Shown here piece after piece: positions 26,918 to 38,602 of a DNA stretch of 64,000 bases. The DNA lies in assembly GCA_963697335.1 (NCBI GenBank), contig CAVONQ010000006.1, positions 97,237 through 161,236 on the forward strand, read 5' to 3'. The stretch's first letter is position 1; every line of letters begins with the position of its first letter. This stretch comes from an uncultured cyanobacterium (GTDB lineage: Bacteria > Cyanobacteriota > Cyanobacteriia > PCC-6307 > Cyanobiaceae). The notes beneath the pieces are model-generated. The model made no database searches. It was not told the DNA's origin and worked only from the letters and a program-made list of their open reading frames with translations. Position numbers and translations under genes: made by a program.

Positions 26918-29900
26918 TCAGGCACTGAAGTAGCGGGCTTTGCTGTGCAGGGCCACAAGGGCCGTGGTGCTCTGCTCGGGCTCCAGCTGGTCGCTCTCGT
27001 CCATGCTCAGCCCGATGCGTTCAGCGCCGAGCCACTCCAGTTGCTGGCGCGAGTCAGCCACGTTCGGGCAGGCCGGGTAGCCGAAGGAGTAGCGGCTGCC
27101 GCGGTAGCGCTGGGCCAGCACGTCGCGCAGTGCCTGGGGCTCTTGGGCCGCGAAGCCCAGCTCCCGGCGGATGCGGGCGTGGAGCCACTCGGCGAGGGCC
27201 TCGGCCAGCTGCACGCCCAGGCCGTGGAAGTAGAGGTAGTCGGTGTACTGGTCGGCCGCGAACAGCTGCCGGGCAAACTGGCTGGCCCGCTCGCCCATGG
27301 TCACCGCCTGCATGGGCATCACGTCGGTGGCCACGGGCTCGCCTGCGGGGCCGCTGGCCAGGTCGCGGTAGAAGTCAGCGATGCAGTAGCGGTTGCCACC
27401 ACGCTGGCGCGGCAGCTCGAAGCGCCCCAGCTGCCGCTCGGGCTGCTGGGGGTCGAACAGCAGCACGGCATTGCCCTGGCGGCCGCAGGGAAAGTACCCA
27501 TAGGCCACCCGGGGAGTGAGCAGCTGCTCCTCAAGGCAGCGCTGCCGCCACTGCTGCAGCACCGGTTCCGCCTTGGCGGTCAGCATGGCCTCGTAGGCCT
27601 CGCGGCTCTGCTGCTGGGTCTTGCGCAGCTGCCACTGACCGGCAAAGAGGGCGTTGCGATCGAGATAGGCGAACACCTCCTGCAGCGGAATCTCGGCCTC
27701 ACTGAGCACGCGGCTGCCCCAGAACGGTGGATCCAGGGCCGGCTCCTCCGGCACGTTGTCGGAGCGGTGATCGTTGGGGCCAGCCTGGGCTTTCTGGGCG
27801 ACTTCAGCCGGGGCCGCCTCGGCGAGTGTTGCTTCCCCGTCCTCTGCAACGGGTCCGGAGCTGTCGCCGGGCTCCGCTGCGGGGCCATCGCTGAGACCTA
27901 CGCCCTCCGGGGTGCCGTTGAGAAACCCCTGATGGTCGTCCCAGCCATCAGCCGCCTTGGCCTCCATCAGAGCGTCCATGAAGCGCAGATCGGCAAAGGC
28001 ATCGCGGCCGTACACCACCTGCCCCGCATAGGTGGAGCGGCAGTCGCCATGAACGAAACGAGGCGTCAGCGCCGCGCCGCCGAGAATCACCGGGGCGGTG
28101 ATGCCCACCTCATTGAAGGCCGCCAGATTGTCCTTCATGAAGGCAGTGGACTTCACCAGCAGGCCACTCATGGCGATGCAATCAGCCTGGTGCTTCTGCT
28201 GGGCTTCGATGATGGCATCACAGCTTTGTTTGATGCCCAGATTGATCACTTCATAGCCATTATTTGTGAGGATGATATCAACGAGATTCTTGCCGATATC
28301 ATGCACATCGCCCTTCACCGTAGCAATCAGAAACTTGCCCTTGCTTGAGCTCTCGCCTTCGAGCCGCTCCATGTGGGGTTCCAGGGTGGCCACGGCCGCC
28401 TTCATGGTTTCAGCGCTCTGCAACACAAACGGCAGCTGCATCTGTCCGGAGCCGAACAACTCGCCCACCACCTTCATGCCATCCAGCAGGAAGGTGTTGA
28501 CGATGTGGAGGGCCGGGTAGCGCTGCAGAGCCTCCTCCAGGGAGCCCTCCAGCCCGATGCGCTCACCATCGATGATGTGCTGCTTGAGCCGCTCTTCCAC
28601 CGGCAGATCGGCCAGGGAGGGGCCCGAGGCCCGCGCCTCCTTGGCACTCACTCCCTCAAACAGGGTGGTGAGCACGGTGAGGGGGTCATAGGTGCAGATC
28701 GCACCGGCCTGGTCTGCCTCGAAGCGGCGCTTGTCGTAGATCAGATCGCGGCAGACCTGCTGATGCTCCTCACTGATCTTGACCAGCGGCAGGATCTTGG
28801 CCGGGCTCACGATGGCCGCATCCATGCCGGCCTGGCAGCACTCGTGCAGAAACACCGAGTTCAGCACAATCCGCGCTGCTGGAGAGAGGCCAAAGCTCAC
28901 ATTGCTCACGCCGAGCAGCACGTGCACGCCCGGCAGGTTGGCGCGGATCATCCTGATCGACTCCACCGTGGCCAAGGCATTGGCACGGTCTTCCTCGATG
29001 CCCGTGGAGATCGGCAGGGCCAGGGTGTCGTAGAAGATCTCGTGGGCTGGGATTCCAAATTCCAGAGCATCGCGATAGGCCCGCTGGGCAATGGCAAATT
29101 TGCGTTCGGCCGTGCGGGCCATGCCCTCCTCATCAATCGTGCCCACCACCACGCCGGCCCCGTACTGGCGGGCCAGTTCGAGCACCTTGAAGAAGCGTTC
29201 ATCGCCGTCTTCGTAATTGGTGGAGTTGAGGATGCACTTGCCACCGGCCACCTTCAGGCCCGCTTCCATCTTCTGCCACTCGGTGGAATCGAGCATCAGT
29301 GGCAGGTTCACGTTGGTCACCAGCCGACTCACCAGGGCGCGCATGTCGCGCACCCCATCGCGGCCCACGAAGTCGACGTTGACGTCGAGGACATGGGCGT
29401 TCTCCTTCACCTGGCCCCGCGCCACGGCCACCAGGCCGTCCCAGTCCTCCTCGGCCAGCAGCTCGCGCACCTTTTTGCTGCCGCTGGCATTGAGGCGTTC
29501 GCCAATGATCAGGAAGGAATTGTCCTGGTGGTAGGGCGTGGTGCCGTAGATGGAGGCAGCTGCAGGCTCCACCTGCAGCAACGGCCGCGCATGGCGGTTT
29601 TCGGGGGTGCGCACCGCCCGGGGCGCCGGCCTGAGGCTGGCCGCCATCTCCGTGAGGGCGCCGATGTGGGCCGGGGTGGTGCCGCAGCAACCGCCGATCA
29701 CCTGCACGCCCAGATCTTCGACGAAGTGCATCAGCTGCATCGTCATTTCCACCGGCGTCAGCCGGTAGTGGGCCACGCCTCCCACGTTCTCCGGCAGGCC
29801 CGCATTGGGGATGCAGCTCACCACGAAGGGGCTGTGGGCGCTGAGGTAGCGGATGTGCTCCTTCATCTGCTCGGGCCCGGTGGCGCAGTTGAGGCCCAGC

Positions 29901-30628
29901 ACGTCAATCGGGAACGGCTCCAGGATCGCCACCACGGCGGCGATGTCGGAGCCCACCAGCATCGTGCCGGTGGTTTCCATCGTGACGCTCACCATCAACG
30001 GCCGCCGCTCACCGGTGCGCTCGAAGGCGGTCTCGATCCCCTGGAGCGCCGCCTTGATCTGCAGCACGTCCTGGCAGGTCTCCACGATGAAGAGATCCAC
30101 ATCGCCGGCCAGCAGGCCCTCAGCCTGCTCGGCGAAGGAGGCCTTCATGGCGTCGAAATCCACGTGGCCCAGGGTGGGCAGCTTGGTGGTGGGGCCCATG
30201 GAGCCGGCCACGAAGCGGGGCTTCTCGGGGGTGCTGTAGGCGTCAGCCACCTCACGGGCCAGCTCAGCGGCGCGCTTGTTCAGCGCAAAGGCCTGATCGG
30301 CGATGTCGTATTCGGCCAGCACCAGGGAGGTGGCCCCGAAGGTGTCGGTTTCGATCACATCGGCGCCCACCTCCAGAAACTGCCGGTGCACGGCCTGCAC
30401 CGCATCAGGACGCGTCAGCACCAGATACTCGTTGCAGCCCTCCAGGGCGGCACCACCGAAGTCCTCAGCCGTGAGATCCATCTGCTGCAGAGAGGTGCCC
30501 GTGGCACCGTCGAACACCAGCACCGGCCGCTCGGGGGCGTGCAGGCGCTCGAGGAAGCCCAGGCGCTGGGGCTTAGAGCCGGCCGAGGGGGCCGAGGCGG
30601 CCGGGCTCGATGACAGGGCTGGGGTCAT
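26918..30628 (-). CDS. metH: Cobalamin-dependent methionine synthase
   Basis: [39 protein letters not shown]. Confidence 0.97.
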   Translation of the reverse strand: MTPALSSSPAASAPSAGSKPQRLGFLERLHAPERPVLVFDGATGTSLQQMDLTAEDFGGAALEGCNEYLVLTRPDAVQAVHRQFLEVGADVIETDTFGATSLVLAEYDIADQAFALNKRAAELAREVADAYSTPEKPRFVAGSMGPTTKLPTLGHVDFDAMKASFAEQAEGLLAGDVDLFIVETCQDVLQIKAALQGIETAFERTGERRPLMVSVTMETTGTMLVGSDIAAVVAILEPFPIDVLGLNCATGPEQMKEHIRYLSAHSPFVVSCIPNAGLPENVGGVAHYRLTPVEMTMQLMHFVEDLGVQVIGGCCGTTPAHIGALTEMAASLRPAPRAVRTPENRHARPLLQVEPAAASIYGTTPYHQDNSFLIIGERLNASGSKKVRELLAEEDWDGLVAVARGQVKENAHVLDVNVDFVGRDGVRDMRALVSRLVTNVNLPLMLDSTEWQKMEAGLKVAGGKCILNSTNYEDGDERFFKVLELARQYGAGVVVGTIDEEGMARTAERKFAIAQRAYRDALEFGIPAHEIFYDTLALPISTGIEEDRANALATVESIRMIRANLPGVHVLLGVSNVSFGLSPAARIVLNSVFLHECCQAGMDAAIVSPAKILPLVKISEEHQQVCRDLIYDKRRFEADQAGAICTYDPLTVLTTLFEGVSAKEARASGPSLADLPVEERLKQHIIDGERIGLEGSLEEALQRYPALHIVNTFLLDGMKVVGELFGSGQMQLPFVLQSAETMKAAVATLEPHMERLEGESSSKGKFLIATVKGDVHDIGKNLVDIILTNNGYEVINLGIKQSCDAIIEAQQKHQADCIAMSGLLVKSTAFMKDNLAAFNEVGITAPVILGGAALTPRFVHGDCRSTYAGQVVYGRDAFADLRFMDALMEAKAADGWDDHQGFLNGTPEGVGLSDGPAAEPGDSSGPVAEDGEATLAEAAPAEVAQKAQAGPNDHRSDNVPEEPALDPPFWGSRVLSEAEIPLQEVFAYLDRNALFAGQWQLRKTQQQSREAYEAMLTAKAEPVLQQWRQRCLEEQLLTPRVAYGYFPCGRQGNAVLLFDPQQPERQLGRFELPRQRGGNRYCIADFYRDLASGPAGEPVATDVMPMQAVTMGERASQFARQLFAADQYTDYLYFHGLGVQLAEALAEWLHARIRRELGFAAQEPQALRDVLAQRYRGSRYSFGYPACPNVADSRQQLEWLGAERIGLSMDESDQLEPEQSTTALVALHSKARYFSA

Positions 30629-30652
30629 GGCGTCGGGGTGATGGCTGGGGCG

Positions 30653-31570
30653 TCAGCTGTCGAGGCGAAGGCGCGTCACCCAATGCTCATAGGCGGGATC
30701 GCGGCCTTCCGTGATCGCCACGAGCCGCTCGCGCAGGCGCTCCATCACCGGGCGCTCCGGGGGCAGGTCGGTGGTTTCCACCCGCCGCACCGGCGTCACC
30801 TTGGCGGCTGTGCCACTCAGGAACACCTCCTCGGCGATGAACAGCTCGCTCTTGTCCACGCCGCGCTCGATCACCTCCAGGCCCATGGAGCGGGCCAGTT
30901 CGATCACACTGGCGCGGGTGATGCCCTCAAGGATGTCCTGATCCACCCCGGGGGTGATCAGCTGGCCGTCGCGCACGAGGAACAGATTCATGCCGCTGGC
31001 CTCACTCACCTTGCCGCGGCTGTTCATCAGAATGGCCTCGTCGAAACCGCTCTGCACCGCCTCGGTCTTGGCCAGGGAACTGGTGATGTACGCCCCACTG
31101 ATCTTGCCCCGCAGGGGCAGGGAGCGATCCTCCTGACGGGTCCAGGAGCTGATGCGGCAGCTCACCCCCTCCGGCGAGAGGTAGTCGCCCAACTCCAGCC
31201 CGTAGATCAGGAAGTTGGTTTCGATGTTGTGCAGGCGCGGGGCGATGCCGAGGTCGCTGGTGTAAACGAAGGGACGCAGATACACCGGGCAGGTGGGCTG
31301 ATTGGCCTTCAGGAAAGCCACGATGGCCTCATGAATCGTGGCCTCCGGCAGGTCGGTGAGCAGCAGCCGCGCGCTCTGGCTCAGCCGCCGGGCGTGGCGA
31401 TCAGCCCGGAACAGCAGGATCTCCCTGGGATCGGCGGGATTGGGCAGGGCGCGCATGCCGCCGAAGGCCCCCGTGCCGTAGTGCAGGGCGTGGGTGGCCA
31501 CCGAGAGCGTGGCGTCTTCGAAGCGCACAACCTTGCCATCGAACCAGGCATAGGGCAGGAACTGATGCAT
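30653..31570 (-). CDS. ilvE: Branched-chain amino acid aminotransferase
   Basis: HALHYGTGAFGG, EASGMN, ILEGITR, LSGTAA. Confidence 0.93.
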   Translation of the reverse strand: MHQFLPYAWFDGKVVRFEDATLSVATHALHYGTGAFGGMRALPNPADPREILLFRADRHARRLSQSARLLLTDLPEATIHEAIVAFLKANQPTCPVYLRPFVYTSDLGIAPRLHNIETNFLIYGLELGDYLSPEGVSCRISSWTRQEDRSLPLRGKISGAYITSSLAKTEAVQSGFDEAILMNSRGKVSEASGMNLFLVRDGQLITPGVDQDILEGITRASVIELARSMGLEVIERGVDKSELFIAEEVFLSGTAAKVTPVRRVETTDLPPERPVMERLRERLVAITEGRDPAYEHWVTRLRLDS

Positions 31571-31638
31571 GGGTGCGCGGGCTGCGGGTAGGGCCTGGGT
31601 GCCCCGATCTTCTCACTGCAGCCAGCAGGATGGGGGGC

Positions 31639-34600
31639 ATGCACAGGCTGGCGGCGCAACCGGGGGGATCTGAGCAGGGCGATGCTGGCGCCTACGTGGA
31701 GCAGCCCGCGGCTCCGGTGCTGCTGCTCACCAGCGCCGACACCGATCTGGTGAGCATCGAGCGGGTGCTGACGGCCGAGCCCGGACTGGTGGGGACCGAA
31801 CTGCGGGGCCTGAATCTGGCGGCCCTGGCCCACCCGGCCGTGATCGATCACTACCTCTCCAGCACCGTCCGCCACGCCCGGGTGGTGGTGGTGCGCCTGC
31901 TGGGTGGCCGGGGCCATTGGAGTTACGGGCTCGACCAGCTGGGGCTCTGGGCAGAGGGGAGCCTGGCCCCCGGCGGGCAGGCGGCCAGCGGGCAGGCTCG
32001 CCGCCAGCTGGTGGTGCTGGCCGGCACGGCGGAGGACGAGCAGGCCCTGGCCAGCTGCGGCACGGTGGATCCCGAGCTGGCCCTGGCCCTGGGGCGCTGC
32101 CTGCGCGAGGGCGGAGCGGCCAACGTGCGGCTGGTGCTGGCTGCCCTCGGCGCGCTGGTGGGGGGGCAGGCGCCAGCGCCCCCGGTGCCGCAACCACTGC
32201 CGGACCCCACCCCCCACGACTGGCGCCAGGAGGGCGGGCCACGGGTGGGGGTGATCGCCTACCGCGCCCTGCTGCAGGCAGGCGATCTCGACCTCATGGA
32301 GAGCTGCCTGGCGGCCCTGCGACGCCAGGGCCTCTGCCCCCGGGCCCTGTGGGTGAGCGGTCTGCGTGAGCCGGCCGTGCAGCAGGGGGTGGCCGATCTG
32401 CTGGGCCGCGAGGGGGTGGAGGCCGTGCTCTGCAGCACCTCCTTTGCCTCGGTGCAGTTTGAGGAGGCCGGCCTGGGCGCGCCGCTGTGGGAGGTCCTGG
32501 CCGTGCCGGTGCTGCAGCTGCTCTGCAGCAGCCGGCCCCGCCAGGAATGGCAGGCCAGCAGCATCGGCCTGGCCCCCACCGATCTCACCCTGCAGGTGGC
32601 CCTGCCGGAGCTGGACGGCCGCATCACCACCCGGGTGGGGGCCTTCAAGCAGACCCGCCGGGCCAGTGAGAGGCTGGCCTCGGCCCTGCAGGGCTACCAC
32701 CCGGACCCGGAACGGCTCGACTGGATCGCCACCCTCACAGCCCGCTGGGTGACGCTGCGTTGCACGGCGCCGCAGGAGCGCCGAGTGGCCCTGGTGCTGG
32801 CCAACTACCCCACCCGCAACAGTCGCCTGGCCAACGGCGTGGGCCTGGACACGCCGGCCTCCACCGCCCTGATGCTGCGCTGGCTGCGGGACGCGGGCCT
32901 CACCCTCGGTGACGACCCCCTGCCCGATGGCGGCGACGCCCTGATCCAGCAGCTGCTGGCAGGCCTCACCAACGACGCCGAGAGCGGCCACCGCCCAGCC
33001 CTCGACCAGTTGCCTCTGGAGAGCTACGAGGCCTGGTATGGCGAGCTGCCGGTTGAGGGCCGCCAGCGGCTGGAGGCGGTGTGGGGCCCCCCCGGCCAGG
33101 ACGCCGGGCTGGTGCCTGGGCGCAATGGGCGGCCGGCCTTTCCGATCCGCGGGCTGCGCTTCGGCCACGTGGTGGTGCTGATCCAGCCCGAGCGGGGCTA
33201 CGACCGCGACCCGAGCCTCTGCTACCACTCCCCCGATCTGCCGCCCACCCACGCCTACCTGGCCCAGTACCTCTGGCTGCGGGAGGGTTTCGGCGCCCAT
33301 GTGGTGGTGCACGTGGGCAAGCATGGCAACCTGGAATGGCTGCCAGGGAAGGGCCTGGGCCTCTCGAACCAGTGCTACCCGGAGTGGGCCCTGGGGCCGA
33401 TGCCCCACCTCTATCCGTTCATCGTCAACGACCCCGGCGAGGGATCCCAGGCCAAACGCCGCAGCCAGGCGGTGATCCTCGACCACCTCACGCCGCCCCT
33501 GGGCCGGGCCGGCCTCCACGGGGAGCTGCAGCAGCTGGAGGCGCTGTTGGATGAGTACTGGGAGGCCTGCCAGCTGGGCAGCGACCGTCGCGCACCCCTG
33601 CGAGCCACGCTGCTGGAGCGGCTGCGGGCTCTGGAGCTGCCCCTGGGGACGGCGGACGGGTGCAGGGAGGCGGAGTTAGAGGCGCGGCTGGAGGCTGCGG
33701 ACGGCTACCTGTGTGAGCTGAAGGAGGCTCAGATCCGCCTGGGGCTGCACACCTACGGCCAGCTCCCCGCCGAGGCGCCCCTGGCGGAGCTGCTGCTCTG
33801 CCTGGCCAGGCCCCCCCAGGCGGGTGTGGCGGGCTTCACCCAGGCCCTGGCGAGGGACCTGGGGCTGGAGCTCGATCCCTGGGCCGACCCCGAGGAACTG
33901 CCCCTGCCCAACGGCGACCGCCAGCGCCTGCTGTCCCGCGGTGCCGGCAGCGCCACGGGCCTCAGGACCGTGGGCGATGCGGTGGCCTGGCTGGAGGAGC
34001 ACGCCCTGGCGCTCTGCCAGCGGGAGCTGGACGAACAGCCCAACCGGGGCGGGAGAGTCCCCCGGCCAGCGGAGGAACTCCTGGTGATTGCCGGGGCCAG
34101 CCAGGCCAGTCTGCAGCATCTGCGCCAGCAACTCCTGCCCCGCCTGCTGGCCTGCGCCGATGCGGAGAAGCAGGCCTTCCTGGGGGGCATCGCCGGCGAG
34201 CGCATCGCCGCGGGCCCGGCCGGCGCCCCCACCCGCGGCCGGCCCGACCTGCTGCCCACGGGCCGCAATTTTTACTCGGTGGATCTGCGCGGCCTGCCCA
34301 CCGAGGCCGCCTGGGACCTGGGCCGCCGCAGCGCTGAGCTGCTGCTCGAGCTGCACCTGCAGGACGAGGGGGAGCCCCTGCGCCAGCTCGCCCTCTCGGT
34401 GTGGGGCACCAGCACCATGCGCAACGGTGGCGAGGACATCGCCCAGGCCCTGGCCCTGCTCGGGGTGCGGCCGGTGTGGGACGGCCCCAGCCGGCGCCTG
34501 GTGGATGTGGAGGTGATTCCCCTCTCCCTGCTGGGGCGGCCCCGGGTGGATGTGACCCTGCGCATCTCAGGGCTGTTCCGCGACGCCTTCCCCCAGTTGG

Positions 34601-35451
34601 TCGACTGGGTCAACAGGGCCACGGCGCTGGTGGCCGCCCTGGATGAGGACGGGGCCGCCAACCCCCTGGCGGAGGCGGCCCGGCGCGAGGGCCACAGCGC
34701 CCGGGTGTACGGCTCTGCTCCCGGGGCCTACGGCGCAGGCCTGCAGGGCTTGATCGATAGCGGGGCCTGGGAGCAGAGAGGCGATCTGGGGGAGGCCTTC
34801 CTGGCCTGGAGCAGCTGGCGCTACGGCGCCGCTGACGGTGCATCAGGCGGGGCCCCAGGCGCTGGCCTGGCGGCCAGCCCGGACCGCGGTGGCCTGGAGC
34901 AGCGGCTGCGGGCCGTGCAGGTGGTGCTGCACAACCAGGACAACCGCGAGCACGACCTGCTCGACTCAGATGACTACTACCAGTTCCAGGGGGGCCTCAG
35001 CGCCGCTGCCGAGGGCCTGCAGGGTCAGGCGCCAGCGCTCTGGTTCGGCGACCACTCGCGCAGCTCACGCCCCCGCATGCACCGGCTGGAAAAGGAATTC
35101 GACAAGGTGCTGCGCAGCCGGGTGCTCAACCCCCGCTGGATCGAAGCCATGCGCCAGCACGGCTACAAGGGGGGCTTCGAGATGGCCGCCAGCCTCGACT
35201 ACCTGTTCGCCTATGACGCCAGTACTGGACGGGTGCCGGACTGGGGCTATGGAGCGATCTGCGAGCGCTGGCTTGCCGATCCCGAGGTGCGCACCTTCCT
35301 GGAGCAGAAAAACCCCTGGGCCCTGCGGGACATGGGGGAACGACTGCTAGAAGCCCACCACCGCGGGCTGTGGGAGGGGGCGAGCGACACCCAGCTGGCG
35401 GGCCTCAGGCGGCTGGTGCTGAGCAGCGAGGCCCGCATCGAGCAGGCCTGA
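31639..35451 (+). CDS. cobN: Cobaltochelatase subunit CobN
   Basis: VALPELDG, HVGKHGNLEWLPGK, LPTGRNFY, NQDNREHD. Confidence 0.96.
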   Translation: MHRLAAQPGGSEQGDAGAYVEQPAAPVLLLTSADTDLVSIERVLTAEPGLVGTELRGLNLAALAHPAVIDHYLSSTVRHARVVVVRLLGGRGHWSYGLDQLGLWAEGSLAPGGQAASGQARRQLVVLAGTAEDEQALASCGTVDPELALALGRCLREGGAANVRLVLAALGALVGGQAPAPPVPQPLPDPTPHDWRQEGGPRVGVIAYRALLQAGDLDLMESCLAALRRQGLCPRALWVSGLREPAVQQGVADLLGREGVEAVLCSTSFASVQFEEAGLGAPLWEVLAVPVLQLLCSSRPRQEWQASSIGLAPTDLTLQVALPELDGRITTRVGAFKQTRRASERLASALQGYHPDPERLDWIATLTARWVTLRCTAPQERRVALVLANYPTRNSRLANGVGLDTPASTALMLRWLRDAGLTLGDDPLPDGGDALIQQLLAGLTNDAESGHRPALDQLPLESYEAWYGELPVEGRQRLEAVWGPPGQDAGLVPGRNGRPAFPIRGLRFGHVVVLIQPERGYDRDPSLCYHSPDLPPTHAYLAQYLWLREGFGAHVVVHVGKHGNLEWLPGKGLGLSNQCYPEWALGPMPHLYPFIVNDPGEGSQAKRRSQAVILDHLTPPLGRAGLHGELQQLEALLDEYWEACQLGSDRRAPLRATLLERLRALELPLGTADGCREAELEARLEAADGYLCELKEAQIRLGLHTYGQLPAEAPLAELLLCLARPPQAGVAGFTQALARDLGLELDPWADPEELPLPNGDRQRLLSRGAGSATGLRTVGDAVAWLEEHALALCQRELDEQPNRGGRVPRPAEELLVIAGASQASLQHLRQQLLPRLLACADAEKQAFLGGIAGERIAAGPAGAPTRGRPDLLPTGRNFYSVDLRGLPTEAAWDLGRRSAELLLELHLQDEGEPLRQLALSVWGTSTMRNGGEDIAQALALLGVRPVWDGPSRRLVDVEVIPLSLLGRPRVDVTLRISGLFRDAFPQLVDWVNRATALVAALDEDGAANPLAEAARREGHSARVYGSAPGAYGAGLQGLIDSGAWEQRGDLGEAFLAWSSWRYGAADGASGGAPGAGLAASPDRGGLEQRLRAVQVVLHNQDNREHDLLDSDDYYQFQGGLSAAAEGLQGQAPALWFGDHSRSSRPRMHRLEKEFDKVLRSRVLNPRWIEAMRQHGYKGGFEMAASLDYLFAYDASTGRVPDWGYGAICERWLADPEVRTFLEQKNPWALRDMGERLLEAHHRGLWEGASDTQLAGLRRLVLSSEARIEQA

Positions 35452-35453
35452 GC

Positions 35454-35996
35454 TCAGCTGTTGAGGTCCTTGACCATCTGGCGGAAGGGATCGATGGCGC
35501 CGGGCTTGCCGGTGGGCTGCTGGGTGATCTGGGGCTGGGTGGCCTTGGCTGCGGCAGCCTCCTCCTTCTCCTGCTTCATGGCAGCGGGCCCCCCGGGCAC
35601 GTTCACCCCTGCGGAGGAGCCCTTCTTGCGCTGGTCCAGCTGAGCCGCGGACATCTGCTGGGGGAAGGTCTTCTTGACCGGCGTGGGCACGCCTCCGGAG
35701 AGGTTCAGCCGTTGATCAGGGGCGGCACCGCCGGGCATGCCTTCGGACATCCTGTCGAGCTTGGTCTCCATCGAGGAGACCTCCACCACCATTTCCTTGT
35801 TGCCCGGGTTGTCGGCGCTGCCGGGGAAGGTGTGGCGAATCGTGTAGGCGCGCTTCATCAGGTTGACGTCGCCCAGGCTGCTGGAGGCGTCCGCGTCCAG
35901 GAACATGGCCTCCGTCTTCTTGGCGGGCTGGCGCTTGGTGACTGGGGCGCTCTTCGCATCGGAGCCAGAAGAGAACAGGCGATCAAACAGACCCAT
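35454..35996 (-). CDS. Hypothetical protein
   Basis: MGLFDRLF...FLDADASSSLGDV; coding-like. Confidence 0.7.
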   Translation of the reverse strand: MGLFDRLFSSGSDAKSAPVTKRQPAKKTEAMFLDADASSSLGDVNLMKRAYTIRHTFPGSADNPGNKEMVVEVSSMETKLDRMSEGMPGGAAPDQRLNLSGGVPTPVKKTFPQQMSAAQLDQRKKGSSAGVNVPGGPAAMKQEKEEAAAAKATQPQITQQPTGKPGAIDPFRQMVKDLNS

Positions 35997-36025
35997 CGAC
36001 TGCCAAGAGAATGCTTCTGCAAACC

Positions 36026-36706
36026 TTAGCGGCCATGGAGGTGCAGACCATGGGTATCCGTACCACAACTCATCAATAGGCCCCGGGCCCGCAGGTCCCT
36101 GGCGATCGCCTCGCACACCAGCGGCGTGGGCTGCCAGTGGGGCTGCATGCCGTAGTCGTACCAGGCCTCAGCGCCATCGAAACCGAGATCGGCCGCCGCG
36201 GCGATCAGGCGCTGGAAGGGCAGCCGGTAACGGGCCGGATGGGCCAGCAAGGCCAGGCCCCCCGCGGCATGGATCGCCTCCACCACGGCGGCAGCCCGCA
36301 GCTCAGGCCCCACGACGGCCTGACCCAGCAGGTAGGGCGCCAGGCTCGGGTGCTGTTCGGCAAAGCCGAGGGCGAGCACGTGCACCAGGCAACCCTCAAG
36401 CAGACAGCTGATCTCCACGCCCCGCCAGAGGGTGGGGGCCTCGCCTCCTGAGGCTTCTGCCGCCTGAAAGGCCTCGAGCACCAGCGGGTAGGAGCCGAGG
36501 GCGTGGTGATCGGTCACGGCCAGATGCTCCAGGCCGAGGGCCAGTGCCTGCTCGGCCAGGCCCCCCGGGCTGAGGCTGCCGTCGCTGCACGTGGTGTGGC
36601 AGTGGAAATTGAGTCGGCTGGGGCAGCTGCCGGACTCCACATCGGCCAGCACCGCCGCCAGGGGATGGCGCGATCGGAGCAGGCTGCCGGAGCACATCGC
36701 CATCAC
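36026..36706 (-). CDS. PHP domain phosphoesterase
   Basis: HCHTTCSDG, TDHH, GVEIS, AHPARY, GTDTHG. Confidence 0.88.
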   Translation of the reverse strand: MMAMCSGSLLRSRHPLAAVLADVESGSCPSRLNFHCHTTCSDGSLSPGGLAEQALALGLEHLAVTDHHALGSYPLVLEAFQAAEASGGEAPTLWRGVEISCLLEGCLVHVLALGFAEQHPSLAPYLLGQAVVGPELRAAAVVEAIHAAGGLALLAHPARYRLPFQRLIAAAADLGFDGAEAWYDYGMQPHWQPTPLVCEAIARDLRARGLLMSCGTDTHGLHLHGR

Positions 36707-36711
36707 CCCGC

Positions 36712-37299
36712 TCAGGCCTCGCCGGCCAGCTGCTCAGCCCTGAGCCGCCGCCAGCGGGCATAGAACTGGATCGAGCCCGCCATGGCCACCACCAGGGCCA
36801 CCAGGAACCAGGTGGCCGCTCCGGTGGGGAACTGGTTCTTGAACACCACCAGCATCACCACCACCACCAACAGCAGGGTGGGGAGTTCATTGAGGGCCCG
36901 TAACTGGCGCCCGCTCCACTGGCAATCCTGGCGCTGCAGCTGCCCCATCAGCCGGTAGCAGAAGGCGTGATAAGCCAGCAGCGCCACCACAAAACCCAGC
37001 TTGGCGTGCATCCAGCCCTGGTGCAGCCAGGCGGGGTTCACCAGCAGCAGCCCCACGGCACAGACCACCGCCACCACCATGCCCGGGGTGGTGATGATGT
37101 TGGCCAGGCGCCGCTCCATCAGGCTGTATTGCTGGTGGAAGGCCTGGCGCAGAGGGGGTTCGAACGCTTCGGCCTCACGGTGGTAGATGAACAGCCGCAC
37201 CAGGTAAAAAAGCCCGGCGAACCACACCACCACTCCCACGATGTGGAGGGTCTTGAACCACAGGTAGGCCTCCGGAGGCCAGGTGAGGGCGAGCAACAT
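36712..37299 (-). CDS. hemJ: Protoporphyrinogen oxidase HemJ
   Basis: FKTLHIVGVVVWFAGLFYLVRLFIYH, MERRL, NELPT. Confidence 0.93.
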   Translation of the reverse strand: MLLALTWPPEAYLWFKTLHIVGVVVWFAGLFYLVRLFIYHREAEAFEPPLRQAFHQQYSLMERRLANIITTPGMVVAVVCAVGLLLVNPAWLHQGWMHAKLGFVVALLAYHAFCYRLMGQLQRQDCQWSGRQLRALNELPTLLLVVVVMLVVFKNQFPTGAATWFLVALVVAMAGSIQFYARWRRLRAEQLAGEA

Positions 37300-37405
37300 G
37301 CCGCACTGGTGGGGCTGCTTCAGGGTAGGAGGCGCCCCCGGCGGCGGCCGGTGGCCTCCGAACGAGTCACCCGGCCGCCAGCATGGGAGCTGACTGGAGC
37401 TTTCC

Positions 37406-37816
37406 TTGACTCAGCCGGCGTCTCCGATCCTGCTGGTGTTTGACGGCGGCTGCCCCTTCTGCCGCCACTTCGCTGAACTGAGCGAGCTGCGCAGCGGCAT
37501 CCCTGGCCTCGAGATCCGGGATGGCCGGGCCGACACGGCCCTGCGCCGGCAGCTGGCCGCCGGGGGCTATTACCTGCGCGACGGAGCCATGGTGCTGGAA
37601 GGATCCAGGGTTTGGCATGGTGCCGAGGCCATCGCCTGGATCTGCGAGCGGATGGAACCCAGCGCAGCTCTGCTCCGGGTGCTGGCCCCCGTGATGGCCG
37701 ACAGTCAACGCAGTCAGATGCTCTACCCGGCCCTGCTGCTGGCCCGGCGTTTGGCCCTGGGCTGGCGCGGCCTGCCGGTGGATCCAGAGACCGAGGGTCT
37801 GGCCGGCACTGGCTGA
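37406..37816 (+). CDS. DCC1-like thiol-disulfide oxidoreductase
   Basis: FDGGCPFC motif. Confidence 0.75.
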   Translation: MTQPASPILLVFDGGCPFCRHFAELSELRSGIPGLEIRDGRADTALRRQLAAGGYYLRDGAMVLEGSRVWHGAEAIAWICERMEPSAALLRVLAPVMADSQRSQMLYPALLLARRLALGWRGLPVDPETEGLAGTG

Positions 37817-37836
37817 GGCCTCAGGGCCTCACGGCT

Positions 37837-38148
37837 TCAGGAGGAAGCTCGGGCCTTGCTGGCGGCGGCGGCGGCCTCCCAGGCAGTAACGCCGGCCAAC
37901 ACCAGGAACCCACCCAGGCCGATCAGCTGGTTGCGTTGCAACAGATCAGGCTGCAGCGCCGGGTCGAACCCCTGGGCCTGCAGGGCCCCGGCCACGAACC
38001 AGACCGTGGCCAGGGCGGAGGTGATCCAGTAGGCCTTCCAGCGCCGTTGGTAGATGTAGCCCGTACCAAGCCCCGGCACCAGGTTCAGCACGACGGCCAC
38101 CCAGACACTGCCGCTGGCCAGGATCTGCTGCTTGCTGGGGGGTTCCAT
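37837..38148 (-). CDS. Small membrane protein
   Basis: PGLGTGYIYQRRW and TM segments. Confidence 0.7.
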   Translation of the reverse strand: MEPPSKQQILASGSVWVAVVLNLVPGLGTGYIYQRRWKAYWITSALATVWFVAGALQAQGFDPALQPDLLQRNQLIGLGGFLVLAGVTAWEAAAAASKARASS

Positions 38149-38262
38149 GGGCGGCAAGGGGAAACGGGCAGTCCGGTAGAGCCCACCTCTAGCGCACGGG
38201 GATGGGCCCTAGGCTCGCCCCAAGGACAGGTGCAGACCATGGTCAGAGAGGTAGAGGTAGAG

Positions 38263-38502
38263 ATGGTGAAGCAGGACGCCCCGCCAGCGGGGTCAGAGGC
38301 GTTCAGCTACGAGCCGGTGGAGCGTTTCGGCGAAGGCCTCACCACCAGTCGGCCCTGGAATGTCACTGCCCTCAGCGCTGTCGAGCGCCTCAACGGCCGG
38401 GTGGCGATGCTCGGATTCCTGGCCGCCGTGGTGGGGGAGCAGCTCACCGGCGAGGGCATCGTGGGCCAGCTGGCGGCAGTGCTGCGCTGGTATCTGGGCT
38501 GA
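38263..38502 (+). CDS. hli: High-light-inducible (CAB/ELIP/HLIP) protein
   Basis: ERLNGRVAMLGF..EQLTGEGIVGQL; alternative start at 38239. Confidence 0.85.
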   Translation: MVKQDAPPAGSEAFSYEPVERFGEGLTTSRPWNVTALSAVERLNGRVAMLGFLAAVVGEQLTGEGIVGQLAAVLRWYLG

Positions 38503-38602
38503 CCCACCCCATCCTCTGTCCCTGGTCGCCATGACCCCACTGCCTCGTCAACGCTGCGTCCGACGCCATCCCGCCAGCTCCGGCAGACGCCTGATGCCAG
38601 CG

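Noticed and set aside
26792..30613. Long + strand ORFs opposite metH (similar ones lie opposite pxcA, metG, cobN, DUF3370 and the ABC1 kinase)
   Set aside because: Antisense shadow ORFs expected from high-GC codon bias
30629..31638. Cobalamin riboswitch near metH/cobN
   Set aside because: Intergenic gaps are under 70 bp and no B12-box is visible
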